A stretch of 64,000 nt of DNA, from positions 32,001-96,000 of the forward strand of contig BTVY01000002.1 of NCBI GenBank assembly GCA_045863335.1, read 5' to 3'. Positions 1-10,441 of this stretch are shown here, piece after piece (positions within the stretch are counted from its first letter, which is position 1; each line of letters opens with the position of its first letter). The position numbers and the translations under genes are program-made. This stretch comes from Candidatus Hydrogenedentota bacterium. Lineage in GTDB: Bacteria > Hydrogenedentota > Hydrogenedentia > Hydrogenedentales > SLHB01. The notes beneath the pieces are model-generated. The model had not been told where the DNA came from and ran no database searches. It worked only from the letters and a program-made list of their open reading frames with translations.

Positions 1-1
1 G

Positions 2-406
<405 letters not shown>

Positions 407-416
407 GCGGTATCCT

Positions 417-456
417 ATCCGGCGCGCGGCCAGTGAGTCGTGCGCCGGATTTTTTG
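417..456 (+). terminator. Rho-independent terminator-like hairpin after metY
   Basis: ATCCGGCGCGCGGC-cagtga-GTCGTGCGCCGGAT stem followed by TTTTT. Confidence 0.7.
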
Positions 457-476
457 TGTCAGCGGGGATCATCGAA

Positions 477-2294
477 ATGGCTGAAGAAGATTCTGTCGGC
501 ACCGTTCAAACGCAGCACTACACCTTTGCGGAAACGCCGAATGAACTCGAATTGGATTGCGGGCGCAAGTTGGGTCCGATTACGCTGGCCTATGAAACCT
601 ATGGCTCTCTGAACGCGGACAAGTCCAACGCGGTGCTGATCGTGCACGCCCTCTCCGGCGATGCCCACGCCGCCGGCATTCACAGTAAGACCGATCGCAA
701 GCCCGGCTGGTGGGACAACATGATTGGCCCCGGCAAAGGCTTCGATACCGACAAGTACTTTGTCATCTGCTCCAACGTGATCGGCGGGTGCCAGGGTTCG
801 ACAGGACCGTCATCCATCAATCCCGCGACCGGGAAGCCGTACGGATTGAGTTTCCCCATCATTACCATCGGCGACATGGTCCGCGCGCAACGGCAACTTA
901 TCGAACATCTCGGCATCGCGAAGCTCCTCTGCGTTGCGGGGGGTTCTATGGGCGGCATGCAGACGCTGGAATGGATGACGCGGTATCCGGAGATGTTGCA
1001 GTCCGCCATCGTCATCGCATCGGCGCCGCTGTTGAGCGCGCAGGGGATCGCATTCGATGCCGTGGGCCGGCATGCCATTCAGGCAGATCCCTCGTTTCAC
1101 AACGGCGACTACTACGAGACGGGCGAGCAGCCCGTGCAGGGCCTCTCCATTGCGCGCATGCTCGCGCACATCACGTATCTGTCGGACGAATCCATGCGGA
1201 TCAGGTTCGGCCGCGCCCTGCGCAGCGAGAGCGAATATCGTTATGATTTCAGCAGCGAGTTTTCCGTGGAGACCTACCTGGACTACCAGGGCGAGCAGTT
1301 CGTGAACCGGTTCGACGCGAACAGCTATCTCTACATCACGAAGGCCATCAATTACTACGATGTGGCGGCACCCTACGGATCGCTGGACAATGCCATGGCC
1401 AGGACACGTGGCAAGACGATGGTCTTGTCGTACTCGTCGGACTGGCTCTATCCGCCGTATCAGTCGCAGGAGATTGTGAATGCGTTGACGCGTCAGCGGA
1501 AGGATGTGACCTACTGCAACATCCAGTCCGACTACGGGCACGATGCGTTTCTGCTGGAAGTGGACGTGATGAAAAAGATCATTGGCGGCTACTTGCAGCA
1601 CGTGCGGCATGAGGATCGGACGACGCGCGGAATCGCTCACGAGGTGGATTCCGAAGCGGAGTTCGGGCCGCCCTCAAGTGCGTCGCAGAGCATTTACGAA
1701 GGGCACCGCGTCGACTACGAGATGATCGTGGACCTCGTCGACGAGGGCAGCCGCGTGCTGGACATTGGCTGCGGCGACGGCGAATTGCTGGATCAATTGA
1801 TCGAGCGCAAGGGCGTCGACGGCGCGGGTATCGAACTGGCCCAGGGCAACATCGTGAGCTGCGTGCGGCGCGGAATCTCCGTGGTGCAGGCGGATATCGA
1901 TAAGGGTTTGCCCACGATTCCGGACCAGAGCTATGACTACGTCATCCTGAGCATGACCTTGCAGGTCATCAAGAAACCGGACTACGTGCTTCAGGAAATG
2001 CTGCGCGTCGGGAAGAAGTGCATCGTCAGCTTTCCGAATTTCGGGTTCTGGAAGGTGCGCGCGAAGACGTTCGCCCTCGGGCGCGCGCCGGTGACGCGGA
2101 ACCTGCCCTACGCGTGGTGGGTCAGCCCCAACCGGCACGTGCTTTCGATCAAGGACTTCCGCGAGTACTGCGCGGAGCGGAGCATCCATATCGAACGGGA
2201 ACTACCCCTGAATCGAAAAGGCCTGGTGTGGACGGCGCGCATGTGGCCGAACATGCTGGCGGACGAGGCGGTATTCGTGATCGCGAAGCGGTAG
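477..2294 (+). CDS. metX: Homoserine O-acyltransferase MetX fused to C-terminal MetW (SAM-methyltransferase-like) domain
   Basis: HALSGDAH, GGSMGGMQ nucleophile elbow, RFDANSY, GHDAFLLE; followed in frame by VLDIGCGDG...SFPNFGFW...PNRH (MetW). ATG at 477 chosen because the upstream ORF extension overlaps metY and the terminator. Confidence 0.9.
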   Translation: MAEEDSVGTVQTQHYTFAETPNELELDCGRKLGPITLAYETYGSLNADKSNAVLIVHALSGDAHAAGIHSKTDRKPGWWDNMIGPGKGFDTDKYFVICSNVIGGCQGSTGPSSINPATGKPYGLSFPIITIGDMVRAQRQLIEHLGIAKLLCVAGGSMGGMQTLEWMTRYPEMLQSAIVIASAPLLSAQGIAFDAVGRHAIQADPSFHNGDYYETGEQPVQGLSIARMLAHITYLSDESMRIRFGRALRSESEYRYDFSSEFSVETYLDYQGEQFVNRFDANSYLYITKAINYYDVAAPYGSLDNAMARTRGKTMVLSYSSDWLYPPYQSQEIVNALTRQRKDVTYCNIQSDYGHDAFLLEVDVMKKIIGGYLQHVRHEDRTTRGIAHEVDSEAEFGPPSSASQSIYEGHRVDYEMIVDLVDEGSRVLDIGCGDGELLDQLIERKGVDGAGIELAQGNIVSCVRRGISVVQADIDKGLPTIPDQSYDYVILSMTLQVIKKPDYVLQEMLRVGKKCIVSFPNFGFWKVRAKTFALGRAPVTRNLPYAWWVSPNRHVLSIKDFREYCAERSIHIERELPLNRKGLVWTARMWPNMLADEAVFVIAKR

Positions 2295-2367
2295 GGGTAG
2301 GTTGGAGCGCGGGATCTATGCGGATTCCGGCGTTCCGGACCAGCGTCGTCGCGAACGGACTGCCCTC

Positions 2368-2458
2368 GTCGCTATCGCTATCGGTATCGGGATCGGTATC
2401 GAAGGATAGCGCGCAGGATAATTTCGATACCGATACCGATCGCGATACCGATAGCGAT
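2368..2458. repeat. Inverted hexamer-repeat hairpin (TATCGG/TATCGC)n...(CCGATA/GCGATA)n
   Basis: gtcgctatcgctatcggtatcgggatcggtatcgaa ... ttcgataccgataccgatcgcgataccgatagcgat; arms are near reverse complements. Confidence 0.8.
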
Positions 2459-2541
2459 TTTTAGAACGATGCAACTAGGATCGATAGTGGCGAGGGTAGG
2501 GTACTCGCCACGGGACAATTGACCTAACAAGGGAGAAATCG

Positions 2542-3432
2542 ATGAAGGGGATCATTCTCGCAGGCGGATCGGGCACACGGCTGCATCCGCTCACGCTGGC
2601 GGTCAGCAAACAGCTCATGCCCATCTTCGACAAGCCCATGATCTACTACCCCCTGTCGACCTTGATCATGACGGGTATTCGCGAGATCCTCATCATCTCG
2701 ACGCCCCACGATCTGCCGTTGTTCAAGAACCTCCTGGGCGACGGAAAACGGATCGGCTGTTCGTTGTCCTACGCGGAACAGGCGGTCCCGAACGGTCTCG
2801 CGCAGGCCTTCGTCATCGGCGCGGATTTCGTCGGTGACGACAACGCGGCGTTGGTCCTGGGCGACAACATCTTCTACGGGTCCGGGTTCCACGACATCCT
2901 GCAGAGCCACAAAGACCCGGACGGCGGCGTCGTCTTCGCATACCACGTGTCCGACCCGGAGCGTTACGGCGTTGTGGAATTCGATGACGGCAACAAGGCG
3001 ATCTCCATCGAAGAAAAGCCCGCGAAACCCAAATCAAACTATGCCGTACCGGGCCTCTACTTCTACGACAACGAGGTCATCGACATCGCCAAGAACTTGA
3101 AGCCCAGCGCCCGCGGCGAATACGAGATCACGGACGTAAACAAGGAATATCTCCGCCGCGGCAAGCTGAAGGTGGCCATCCTCGACCGCGGCACCGCCTG
3201 GCTCGACACAGGGACCTTCGACTCCCTCATGCAGGCCAGTCAGTTCGTCCAAGTCATCGAAGAACGGCAAGGCCTCAAGATCGGCTGCATCGAAGAAGCC
3301 GCCTACCGCATGGGATTCATCTCCGCCGACGAGCTCCGCGCTCTCGCCGACCCCCTGCTGAAAAGCGGCTACGGAAATTATCTGGTCAGTTTGTTAGACG
3401 ACGGTGCTCCCGGCGGCAAGACCGCGAGTTGA
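2542..3432 (+). CDS. rfbA: Glucose-1-phosphate thymidylyltransferase
   Basis: [44 protein letters not shown]. Confidence 0.95.
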   Translation: MKGIILAGGSGTRLHPLTLAVSKQLMPIFDKPMIYYPLSTLIMTGIREILIISTPHDLPLFKNLLGDGKRIGCSLSYAEQAVPNGLAQAFVIGADFVGDDNAALVLGDNIFYGSGFHDILQSHKDPDGGVVFAYHVSDPERYGVVEFDDGNKAISIEEKPAKPKSNYAVPGLYFYDNEVIDIAKNLKPSARGEYEITDVNKEYLRRGKLKVAILDRGTAWLDTGTFDSLMQASQFVQVIEERQGLKIGCIEEAAYRMGFISADELRALADPLLKSGYGNYLVSLLDDGAPGGKTAS

Positions 3433-3458
3433 TCGCACGCGGCAAAATTTCGTATAGT
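3429..3458 (+). promoter_or_regulatory. Putative sigma70 promoter of tRNA-Leu
   Basis: TTGATC-18 nt-TATAGT just upstream of the tRNA. Confidence 0.45.
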
Positions 3459-3470
3459 ATGTTGTTCCAT

Positions 3471-3557
3471 GCGCGGGTGGTGGAATTGGCAGACACGCTA
3501 GACTAAGGATCTAGTGCCCGATAGGGCTTGCGGGTTCAAGTCCCGCCTCGCGCACCA
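3471..3557 (+). tRNA. tRNA-Leu, anticodon AAG
   Basis: Acceptor GCGCGGG/CTCGCGC+ACCA, D-arm GGAATTGGCAGAC, anticodon stem CTAGA/TCTAG with loop CT-AAG-GA, long variable arm GCCCGATAGGGC, T-loop GGTTCAAGTCC. Confidence 0.93.
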
Positions 3558-3570
3558 CAGTCTATTCGAG

Positions 3571-3599
3571 GGCGGCTCTCGTTGCAGAGTCGCCTTTTT
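3571..3599 (+). terminator. Terminator after tRNA-Leu
   Basis: GGCGGCTCT-cgttgc-AGAGTCGCC-TTTTT. Confidence 0.7.
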
Positions 3600-3628
3600 C
3601 TATGCACGGCAACAATCAGGAGAGGGCA

Positions 3629-4021
3629 ATGAAGCGGGAAAACATCTCGTCGGGGTCGAAGTGGGAACCGGTCATCGGGTATTCGCGGGCGGTGCGGATT
3701 GGGTCGATGGTGCATGTGTCGGGCACGACCGGCGCAGGCGCGGACGGCAAACTCGTCGGCATTGGCGACCCCTATGCGCAGACGTTCCAATGCCTGAAGA
3801 ACATCGAGACGGCGTTGACCCGGGCGGGCGCAAAACTGGGTGACGTGTACCGCACGCGGATGTACCTCGCCAATATCGAGCAGTGGGAAGAGGTCGGCCG
3901 CGCCCATGGCGAGTTCTTCGGTCAAGTTCTGCCCGCGACGACCATGGTCGAAGTCAGCAAACTCATCGACCCGGACATGCTGGTCGAGATCGAAGCGGAA
4001 GCCTACGTCTCGGGCGACTAG
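3629..4021 (+). CDS. RidA/YjgF family protein
   Basis: [33 protein letters not shown]; RBS AGGAGAGG. Confidence 0.9.
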   Translation: MKRENISSGSKWEPVIGYSRAVRIGSMVHVSGTTGAGADGKLVGIGDPYAQTFQCLKNIETALTRAGAKLGDVYRTRMYLANIEQWEEVGRAHGEFFGQVLPATTMVEVSKLIDPDMLVEIEAEAYVSGD

Positions 4022-4029
4022 AGCCGAAA

Positions 4030-4250
4030 AACATCCCCCTTGCCCCCTTCAAAGGGGAAATCGTGCTCGGCTCTGGTTATTGGTATATGCGTATGAGACG
4101 TTTCGTATCCGAGTCATCGTTCACCCATGACGCAACGCGCCGCGTTGCGTGAAGACAAGCGAGAAGTCGCGTTCGGAGCGGATAGCGCTGACTAAGGCGA
4201 TGGATGTAGTCGCACTCCACTCCCCCTTTGAAGGGGGCAAGGGGGATGTT
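4030..4250. repeat. REP/MITE-like element with 30-bp terminal inverted repeats (family A)
   Basis: AACATCCCCCTTGCCCCCTTCAAAGGGG at 4030-4059 and its reverse complement at 4221-4250; related copy at 40792-40965. Confidence 0.8.
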
Positions 4251-4325
4251 CTTGAATCCAGGCCGGTGTTACTTGTCTGTAGGCGAACGACCCCAGCCTC
4301 CAGCCTCCGGTCTCCAGCCTGCAGA

Positions 4326-5294
4326 CTATCTCTCACTGCAACTGGCGCCGTGGGCGAAGCAGGCGAAACAGCGGTGGTGACGCAGCATGACGCGGACGTC
4401 CATGCTCTCCGCCAGCGATCCGCCTAAGTCGTAGTCGTCGTCATCGTCGACGAGCGTGCAGGCGTAAACCCGCATCCGCCCGTCTTTCTTGACGACCATC
4501 TTGCTGAAGTTGCACATGAAGGCCGCGCGGCTTTCCGCGGTGTGGTAGGTGGTCATGCAGTTCTCGGTGATTTCGGGAACGCCGCTGGGGTGGCTGCACG
4601 GCGGCTGAAAGTCGGGAAAGACGACGATGTGCGTGTCCTCCGGTACGCCCGCCTTCTCGAAGACCGGCGCATAGGCCGCGTCCGCCGTAGCACGTTCTTC
4701 GCCTGCCGCGCCAAGCCGCGCGATGGACACGTCAAACCCGGCGCGGTGAAGCATGCCGAGCGTATCCACGGCCAACTCGAAATTCCCTCTCCCCCGCCCT
4801 TCGTCGTGCCGTTCGGCGTCCGGGTAATCCAGGCTGATTCGGAACCGCAGGCGATGGGGCCGTTCGATGAGCGGCAGCGCCTCGTCGAATCGTTGCCGCA
4901 ACGGTTTCGTGCCATTGGTCAGCACGAGACAAGGCCGGTGCTGCAAGGCGTAACCGAGAATGCGGAAGATATCGCGGTTCACAAACGGTTCCCCGCCGGT
5001 GAACGAGAATTTTTCCACCCCCAAGTCCAGCGCCTCGTCCACAAACGGCTTCACATCATCAAAGGTTACCAGTTGCAATCGGTGGTCCCCGGGGTGCGAA
5101 CCTTCCAGACAAAAGGGACAGCGTAGGTTGCAGTTCGTCCCCGTATGAAACCAGAGTTCAGAGAGCGCCGCAGGCTGAATGTAGCCGCGCGGCGCACCTT
5201 CAGACGTGAGAAGCCAGTCCGGGTCGTCCCGCAGGTGCCGCCATGACGCCTGCGGCGCCTTTGTTGCGTGATTGATCTGCAATGAATACTCCAT
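4326..5294 (-). CDS. Radical SAM protein with Cys-rich C-terminus
   Basis: ELWFHTGTNCNLRCPFC (CxxxCxxC), FTGGEPF, LTNGT, C-terminal FMC...YACTL...HHRCFAC...SC. Confidence 0.85.
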   Translation of the reverse strand: MEYSLQINHATKAPQASWRHLRDDPDWLLTSEGAPRGYIQPAALSELWFHTGTNCNLRCPFCLEGSHPGDHRLQLVTFDDVKPFVDEALDLGVEKFSFTGGEPFVNRDIFRILGYALQHRPCLVLTNGTKPLRQRFDEALPLIERPHRLRFRISLDYPDAERHDEGRGRGNFELAVDTLGMLHRAGFDVSIARLGAAGEERATADAAYAPVFEKAGVPEDTHIVVFPDFQPPCSHPSGVPEITENCMTTYHTAESRAAFMCNFSKMVVKKDGRMRVYACTLVDDDDDYDLGGSLAESMDVRVMLRHHRCFACFAHGASCSER

Positions 5295-5445
5295 GCGTGC
5301 AAGTAAGAGAAGGTCAACCGATGATGATGCTTCGGCACGTAGTCTACCATGACTTCGCAGGTGGGCTGGAACGCGAAGTACCCCAAGCCGGCCATGCGAA
5401 ACTGCTCGCCACACTACATGTATCCACGCCATGACCGATCTTCAG

Positions 5446-6582
5446 TCAACCCCACCCCCGCGTTAGCCGCGCCATGGTTTTGTAATTGGCCATCGTTCGG
5501 GCCGTGATCTCGCGGCCGTAGGGGCAGGAGGTCGGCGTGAGGACGAAGCCGCGGCCTTCGCCGTGGGTACCGTCGCGGAGGGCTTGCGTAACAACCTTCT
5601 CGAAGTCGCGGGGTTCGAGGTTTTCGATGTCGCTGACTTCGATGTTGCCGAAGAGCACGAGGTCCTGGCCGAATTCGCGGCGCACGTCGGCGAGTTGGAC
5701 GTCGCCCTGCGGCGGCGGTTCGATAGGGTCGGTCGCGTCGGCGCCCATTTCGATAAAGTAGGGCAGCACGCTCTTGATGCGGCCGTGGCAGTGGAGCCGC
5801 GGGTATCCGCCGTGCTGATTGATGGCATCGAGCATGGGTTTCGTATAGCGGACGACGTACTCTTCGAACAACGGCGTCGGCAGATAAGGCTCCGTTGCGT
5901 ACTCGGGACCATAGATGCGCCAGAGGTGTCCCGGCGCCTCCCGCGCGACGGTTTCGGTGCGGGCATGCAGAGGACGCGCGATCTTCTCCAGGAGTTGGTG
6001 AAACAACACGCCTTCTGTGTAGGCGATCAGCGTGAACGTATCCATGGAGAAGAGCTGGGCCGCGACGCAGATGGGGTCCTCCGTGTCGAGCATAACGATG
6101 CCCCGATCGCCGACCTCCTCATCGGCAGTCGCGAAAGGGGACAAGTCCGGTTCGGCGTCAAACACGTCATCGGGCACTTGCAGATACGCTTTCAGATCGT
6201 CCACATCCTTCAACAGATGCTCGACCATCCACGTCGTGTCGAGTCCCTGATCGCGTCGGTCGGTCTGCGTCAAGGTGCGCCCGCCGATGCGCAACGTCGT
6301 ACGCGTGAACCGCGCGTCGTCCTCGAAGGTGACTTCGCGGGCGAAGAACTCGTGCCAGGGATGGTCGTCGGGCCGCAGCCAACGTACCGGCCGCATGCGG
6401 ATGATATCGGTCTGTTCTTCCGCAAGCTGGAGCAGCGGCTGCCACGACGGATGATTGTAGATATTGAACGGATCCGGGTCCGACGCGTCGATGTTGAATC
6501 CGCCGATCTCATAGAAGTTGATGCCCGGCCGGTCCACCGGCCGCCGCTCTAACATCGCCATCAACCGCTCGCGCGATGTCAT
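5446..6582 (-). CDS. Uroporphyrinogen decarboxylase/MtaA-CmuA-like family protein
   Basis: MTSRER start, LHCHG, DPIEPPPQGD, LFGNIE, FVLTPTSCP. Confidence 0.75.
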   Translation of the reverse strand: MTSRERLMAMLERRPVDRPGINFYEIGGFNIDASDPDPFNIYNHPSWQPLLQLAEEQTDIIRMRPVRWLRPDDHPWHEFFAREVTFEDDARFTRTTLRIGGRTLTQTDRRDQGLDTTWMVEHLLKDVDDLKAYLQVPDDVFDAEPDLSPFATADEEVGDRGIVMLDTEDPICVAAQLFSMDTFTLIAYTEGVLFHQLLEKIARPLHARTETVAREAPGHLWRIYGPEYATEPYLPTPLFEEYVVRYTKPMLDAINQHGGYPRLHCHGRIKSVLPYFIEMGADATDPIEPPPQGDVQLADVRREFGQDLVLFGNIEVSDIENLEPRDFEKVVTQALRDGTHGEGRGFVLTPTSCPYGREITARTMANYKTMARLTRGWG

Positions 6583-6851
6583 CCTTTCCCCTCCCCCGTC
6601 GTATTCGCGAATTAGAATCAAACCGGGCGAGACGCCCGTTCTCCTTTCCATCAACCGCGAGCAAGTAGCCTCTTAGAACGTATAGGAAAAGGTGGTCGAC
6701 GCGCGCCAATCTAGCGAGTCACTTTTCGCGGTGGAGATGTCTCGATTGCACAGTTCTTGCAGCACGTTCCCCCTTCGTGCAGGCTGGAAGCCCGTACCAC
6801 AAAAAGTCCAGCCCGCTCTCTTCAAACACGCTCATAAGTCGCGCTCCGGCA

Positions 6852-7724
6852 TCAGCCCAACTCGAAGGTGGTGACGCCGAAGATGCGGTCGTGTGCGAGG
6901 TCGGGCGGCGGCCCGAGATACATCCGTGCGCAGCCGAAGACCTCGACCATCTTGTGCCGGTGCACGAATTCGATTGCCGCGGGGTTGTTCTCGGGCGCGT
7001 CCAGGAACAGCGGTCCGCCCTCAGCGAAGGGCGACAACCGCGCGACCAGGGCTTCCGCCACTGCGGCATCGTCTACGAAGAGCGGGCCTATCTTGCACCC
7101 GATCCGGCAACGCCGCACCACGCCGAATCCCGCCAGCCTGCCGTCGCGCCGGCACCCCAGGGCGAGCGATTCGGGCAGGGCCAGCCACTGTTTCAAAAAG
7201 ACCGGACGCGGCGCGGGAAAACAGGTGCGGTCGTACTCGAAAACTTGGTCAAAGGGAATCTCGTTCAGCGGAACAATGTCCTCGTCATCACCCGGCGCCG
7301 GTTCCGGCCGCTCCGGGATTCCGGCTTGAAAACGCATGTTGCGGTGGGAGAAGACGAACCCGCCTTTCGCGTAGTAGTCCTGCATGTTGAAGACGCCGTC
7401 CATGCCGACGCTCGCGCCGGGCCGCAGTCGCGCGAGGAGGCGTTCCCGCCGCGCGTGCCAAAGCGTGTTGCCGAGCCCGCGTCCACGAAACTCGGGCCGC
7501 ATGATGAAGAACCCCATGAACCCGAATTCGCCGTTGTAGGACGTAATGGCCCCTCCGCCGATCATCTCGCCGTCCAGTTCCGACGCCACGAACGCCTCGG
7601 GATCGGTCGCCCAGAATACGTCGGCGTCGTGCAGGCCGGGGTTCCATCCCTCCTGCGCCGCCCAACGGACCAGTTCGTCGACCTCCGCGCGGGTCATGTT
7701 GCGGATGATCGGGGTGTTGGACAA
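6852..7724 (-). CDS. GNAT family N-acetyltransferase (YitH-like tandem GNAT)
   Basis: [34 protein letters not shown]; TTG start at 7724 preceded by GAGGAG. Confidence 0.85.
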   Translation of the reverse strand: MSNTPIIRNMTRAEVDELVRWAAQEGWNPGLHDADVFWATDPEAFVASELDGEMIGGGAITSYNGEFGFMGFFIMRPEFRGRGLGNTLWHARRERLLARLRPGASVGMDGVFNMQDYYAKGGFVFSHRNMRFQAGIPERPEPAPGDDEDIVPLNEIPFDQVFEYDRTCFPAPRPVFLKQWLALPESLALGCRRDGRLAGFGVVRRCRIGCKIGPLFVDDAAVAEALVARLSPFAEGGPLFLDAPENNPAAIEFVHRHKMVEVFGCARMYLGPPPDLAHDRIFGVTTFELG

Positions 7725-7829
7725 TGTGATGGTCTCCTCTGCGCTGGAACAGACAAGGAGCGTGACATGCGATACTAGCAGCTCTGATTCGATTGGGCAA
7801 AACCGTTTCGTTGATTTCAGCGCATGCCC

Positions 7830-7958
7830 CACCGGGAGCGCCAGGCTCCAGCCTGGCAAAGTTTCGGAGCAACTGAATTCACCCATACACATGCAGTCAT
7901 TGCATCGCTACCAATCATCGCTCCGACCTCGCCAGGCTGGAGCCTGGCGCTCCCGGTG
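7830..7958. repeat. REP-like element with perfect 28-bp inverted repeat (family B)
   Basis: CACCGGGAGCGCCAGGCTCCAGCCTGGC at 7830-7857, exact reverse complement at 7931-7958. Confidence 0.85.
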
Positions 7959-8097
7959 TGGCCCCCTCCAGTTTCCATTCCGTCGCTGTATTGACCGCGG
8001 GATGCCGTCGTACCCATAATCGATCCGTATGCGGCGGCATCGTCGCACCGTGGCGCGGATACGGCAAGGTATTAAGAGGTTCTTGGGAGCACCGAAT

Positions 8098-9024
8098 ATG
8101 ACCCGAGTCATTCTGGAAACGAAAGTCGAAGACCACGCCCCTCACCTCTATCGCGCCGATGCCATTGGCGCCGGGGTCGATGGTTTCGCGGCCGTCACCG
8201 ACACTGCGGTGGCGCAGTTTCATGAGAAGGGCTATCTCCTCGTTCGTGGTCTCTTCACGGCGGACGAAGTGAAGGCGGCGTTGGCGGAGTTGGACGCGAT
8301 GGTGCGTGCGGACGATCCCCAGTGCGAAGGCATTTGGTTCGAAGGCAGCATCCGCGAGGCCATCGCGCAGATCCCCCACGGCACAGAACACGGCGTATCC
8401 GGTCAGATCGGAGATCTCGCGCTGGGCCAGACCGGCGATATGATGCCCGCGCTTCCCGGGGATGTGCGCGCCAAGTATGTGCGCAAGTTCAACCAGTTTG
8501 CGGAACACCATCCCCCGCTCCGCGCCATGCTGGAGAAACCGGAACTGACGCAGGTGGTCGAGAAGCTTATCGGCGAACGCGCGGCCGTGTTGCAGGAGAT
8601 GGCGATGATCAAACCGCCCAGGGGCCGTGAGAAACCGTGGCATCAGGATCACGCGTACTTCAACTACCCACTCGACACGAAGATCGTCGGCTCATGGATT
8701 TCGCTCGGAGAAGCGACGCCGGAGAACGGCTGCATGCACGTCCTCGCGGGCGCGCACTTGGACGGACCGCAGGTCCACTGGCGGCGGCGGGACTGGCAGA
8801 TCTGCGATGCGGAAGCGGCACGGCGCACGCAGACCGCGGTCCCGGCACAGGCGGGCGACGTGTTGTTCTTCGACTCCAAGCTCCCCCACGGCACGCCCAT
8901 CAACCGGAGCGCCGACTACCGGTGGGCGCTGCAATACCACTTCATCCCGGCGTCTGCAGTCGAGACCCCGGACGAAGACCGCCTGGCGATCTTCGGGAGC
9001 GAAGGAAAGGATGTGACGTGCTGA
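8098..9024 (+). CDS. Phytanoyl-CoA dioxygenase (PhyH) family Fe(II)/2OG oxygenase
   Basis: KPP...KPWHQD, ENGCM...GAH, GDVLFF...PHGT...NRS. Confidence 0.85.
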   Translation: MTRVILETKVEDHAPHLYRADAIGAGVDGFAAVTDTAVAQFHEKGYLLVRGLFTADEVKAALAELDAMVRADDPQCEGIWFEGSIREAIAQIPHGTEHGVSGQIGDLALGQTGDMMPALPGDVRAKYVRKFNQFAEHHPPLRAMLEKPELTQVVEKLIGERAAVLQEMAMIKPPRGREKPWHQDHAYFNYPLDTKIVGSWISLGEATPENGCMHVLAGAHLDGPQVHWRRRDWQICDAEAARRTQTAVPAQAGDVLFFDSKLPHGTPINRSADYRWALQYHFIPASAVETPDEDRLAIFGSEGKDVTC

Positions 9025-9067
9025 CGACGAACTATTCGAGTTCGGGATTACTACGGTTCGTGGCGGA

Positions 9068-9508
9068 TCAGTCTCCCCCGCCAAGCTGTTGGACATCCGC
9101 CAAGTCGACAGCTCGGCCCGCTGCTCGTTTCGACGCAATCAAATCGTCTTTGGAGATGACTTGGAATTCCTGCCCTTGGTACGTGAGCGAGACACGGTGA
9201 CGCCACGCGTCTTCGAACTCAATTCCAGGAGTAAAGGTCTGAACATCCAGCCGTACACGATCCTGAAAAACAGTGATCTCGTTGGCGAGAATATCGTCTG
9301 CACATGTGAGCGACGCTGTACCCAAATTCGCTTCCAGTAGTGCATCAATCAGCCGTTGTGCATTTGCCGGTGAGGCCTCGATGAGAATGTCGAGGTCGAA
9401 GGTCGCGCGCGGAACGCCATGTAAGATCGCAGCGACGCCGCCGATCACGACGTACTTCACGTCATGGTGCTGAAATGACTTGAATACGTCCTGGAACCGG
9501 TTCAGCAC
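9068..9508 (-). CDS. Nucleotidyltransferase-family protein (MNT/DUF6036-like)
   Basis: YVVIGGVAAILHGVPRATFDLD, LIASKRAAGRAVDLADV. Confidence 0.75.
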   Translation of the reverse strand: MLNRFQDVFKSFQHHDVKYVVIGGVAAILHGVPRATFDLDILIEASPANAQRLIDALLEANLGTASLTCADDILANEITVFQDRVRLDVQTFTPGIEFEDAWRHRVSLTYQGQEFQVISKDDLIASKRAAGRAVDLADVQQLGGGD

Positions 9509-9662
9509 GTTTCAGCTCCAGCAATTCTGGGTTTACAGCGAGCGCCAGGTCGGTGAACTCGCAGAGAAGGTCCATCCGTTCCGTCATGGAAAGAGACTGA
9601 AACCACCGCGCCTTGGCCTCGGGAGTCTCGGCGTCTCGGCTGTGTAGTACCCTCGGCTCCAT
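9462..9662 (-). CDS. Small hypothetical protein overlapping the nucleotidyltransferase (putative partner)
   Basis: 66 aa MEPRVLHSRDAETPEAKARWFQSLSMTERMDLL...; overlaps start of the downstream gene. Confidence 0.6.
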   Translation of the reverse strand: MEPRVLHSRDAETPEAKARWFQSLSMTERMDLLCEFTDLALAVNPELLELKRAEPVPGRIQVISAP

Positions 9663-9758
9663 ACGGTCATCGTACCAATCGGCGCTTGGCGATTCAATTT
9701 GGGAGTACCATCTATATACAAGCCTGAAACCTGTCGCGCGCGTGATACCATAATCCCC

Positions 9759-10433
9759 ATGCGGAAACATTGGCGGCGGATTCGGGAGCATTGGAACCGC
9801 ACGGACACGGTCGTGATGGCGACGAACCATGCGGCGTTGGCGGTGTTTGTGGCGAACTGCTGGTGGCAATCGGCGATGGTCTGCCAGCTGGCCAGCGCGG
9901 TTCCCCTCGCGTTTCAAGTCTGGCGCGCGGTTCGGTCGGACCGGCTGTTGCGCGACGCCCTCGTCTTCGGGGCCATTATCGGATTCGCCTGGCCGGTCGG
10001 CGAAGGTCTCGTGACGGCGGTCTTCGGTTGGTGGGGAGAGTACCTCGCGGCGGGCATCACCATCTGGCACACGCCGCTCTATTGCATCCTCATCGGCTGG
10101 CTGGCCTCGACTCATCTCTACTACCTGTCCCACCGGCTGGAAGCGATGGGGTACGGACGGACCACCGGCATCGCGGTCGTCGGCCTCACCGCATTCGGCA
10201 TGGGACTACTCGGCGAGAATCTGTTTGTCTGGGCGAACATGTGGCGCTACGATACCTCCGGACTGGACTGGTGGGCCATCCCCGCGTTCGTGCCCGTCGC
10301 CTACGGCGCGGGATACGCCATCCTGCCGCTGCTCAACCGCTGGCGCGCCGAACCAACGGCCCTGGCCTGCGGCGCGGTGTTGATTGTGACCTGCGTAGGA
10401 TTCGGCCTCGCATCCGGCTTCTTCCCCCGCTGA
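9759..10433 (+). CDS. Hypothetical multi-pass membrane protein
   Basis: Several hydrophobic helices; two related halves (GEGLV..WWGEY / GENLF..MWRY). Confidence 0.65.
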   Translation: MRKHWRRIREHWNRTDTVVMATNHAALAVFVANCWWQSAMVCQLASAVPLAFQVWRAVRSDRLLRDALVFGAIIGFAWPVGEGLVTAVFGWWGEYLAAGITIWHTPLYCILIGWLASTHLYYLSHRLEAMGYGRTTGIAVVGLTAFGMGLLGENLFVWANMWRYDTSGLDWWAIPAFVPVAYGAGYAILPLLNRWRAEPTALACGAVLIVTCVGFGLASGFFPR

Positions 10434-10441
10434 CCGAAGTG

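Noticed and set aside
9010-9060. Selenocysteine readthrough at the phyH Cys-TGA end
   Set aside because: No convincing SECIS hairpin, and the convergent gene ends about 40 nt downstream.
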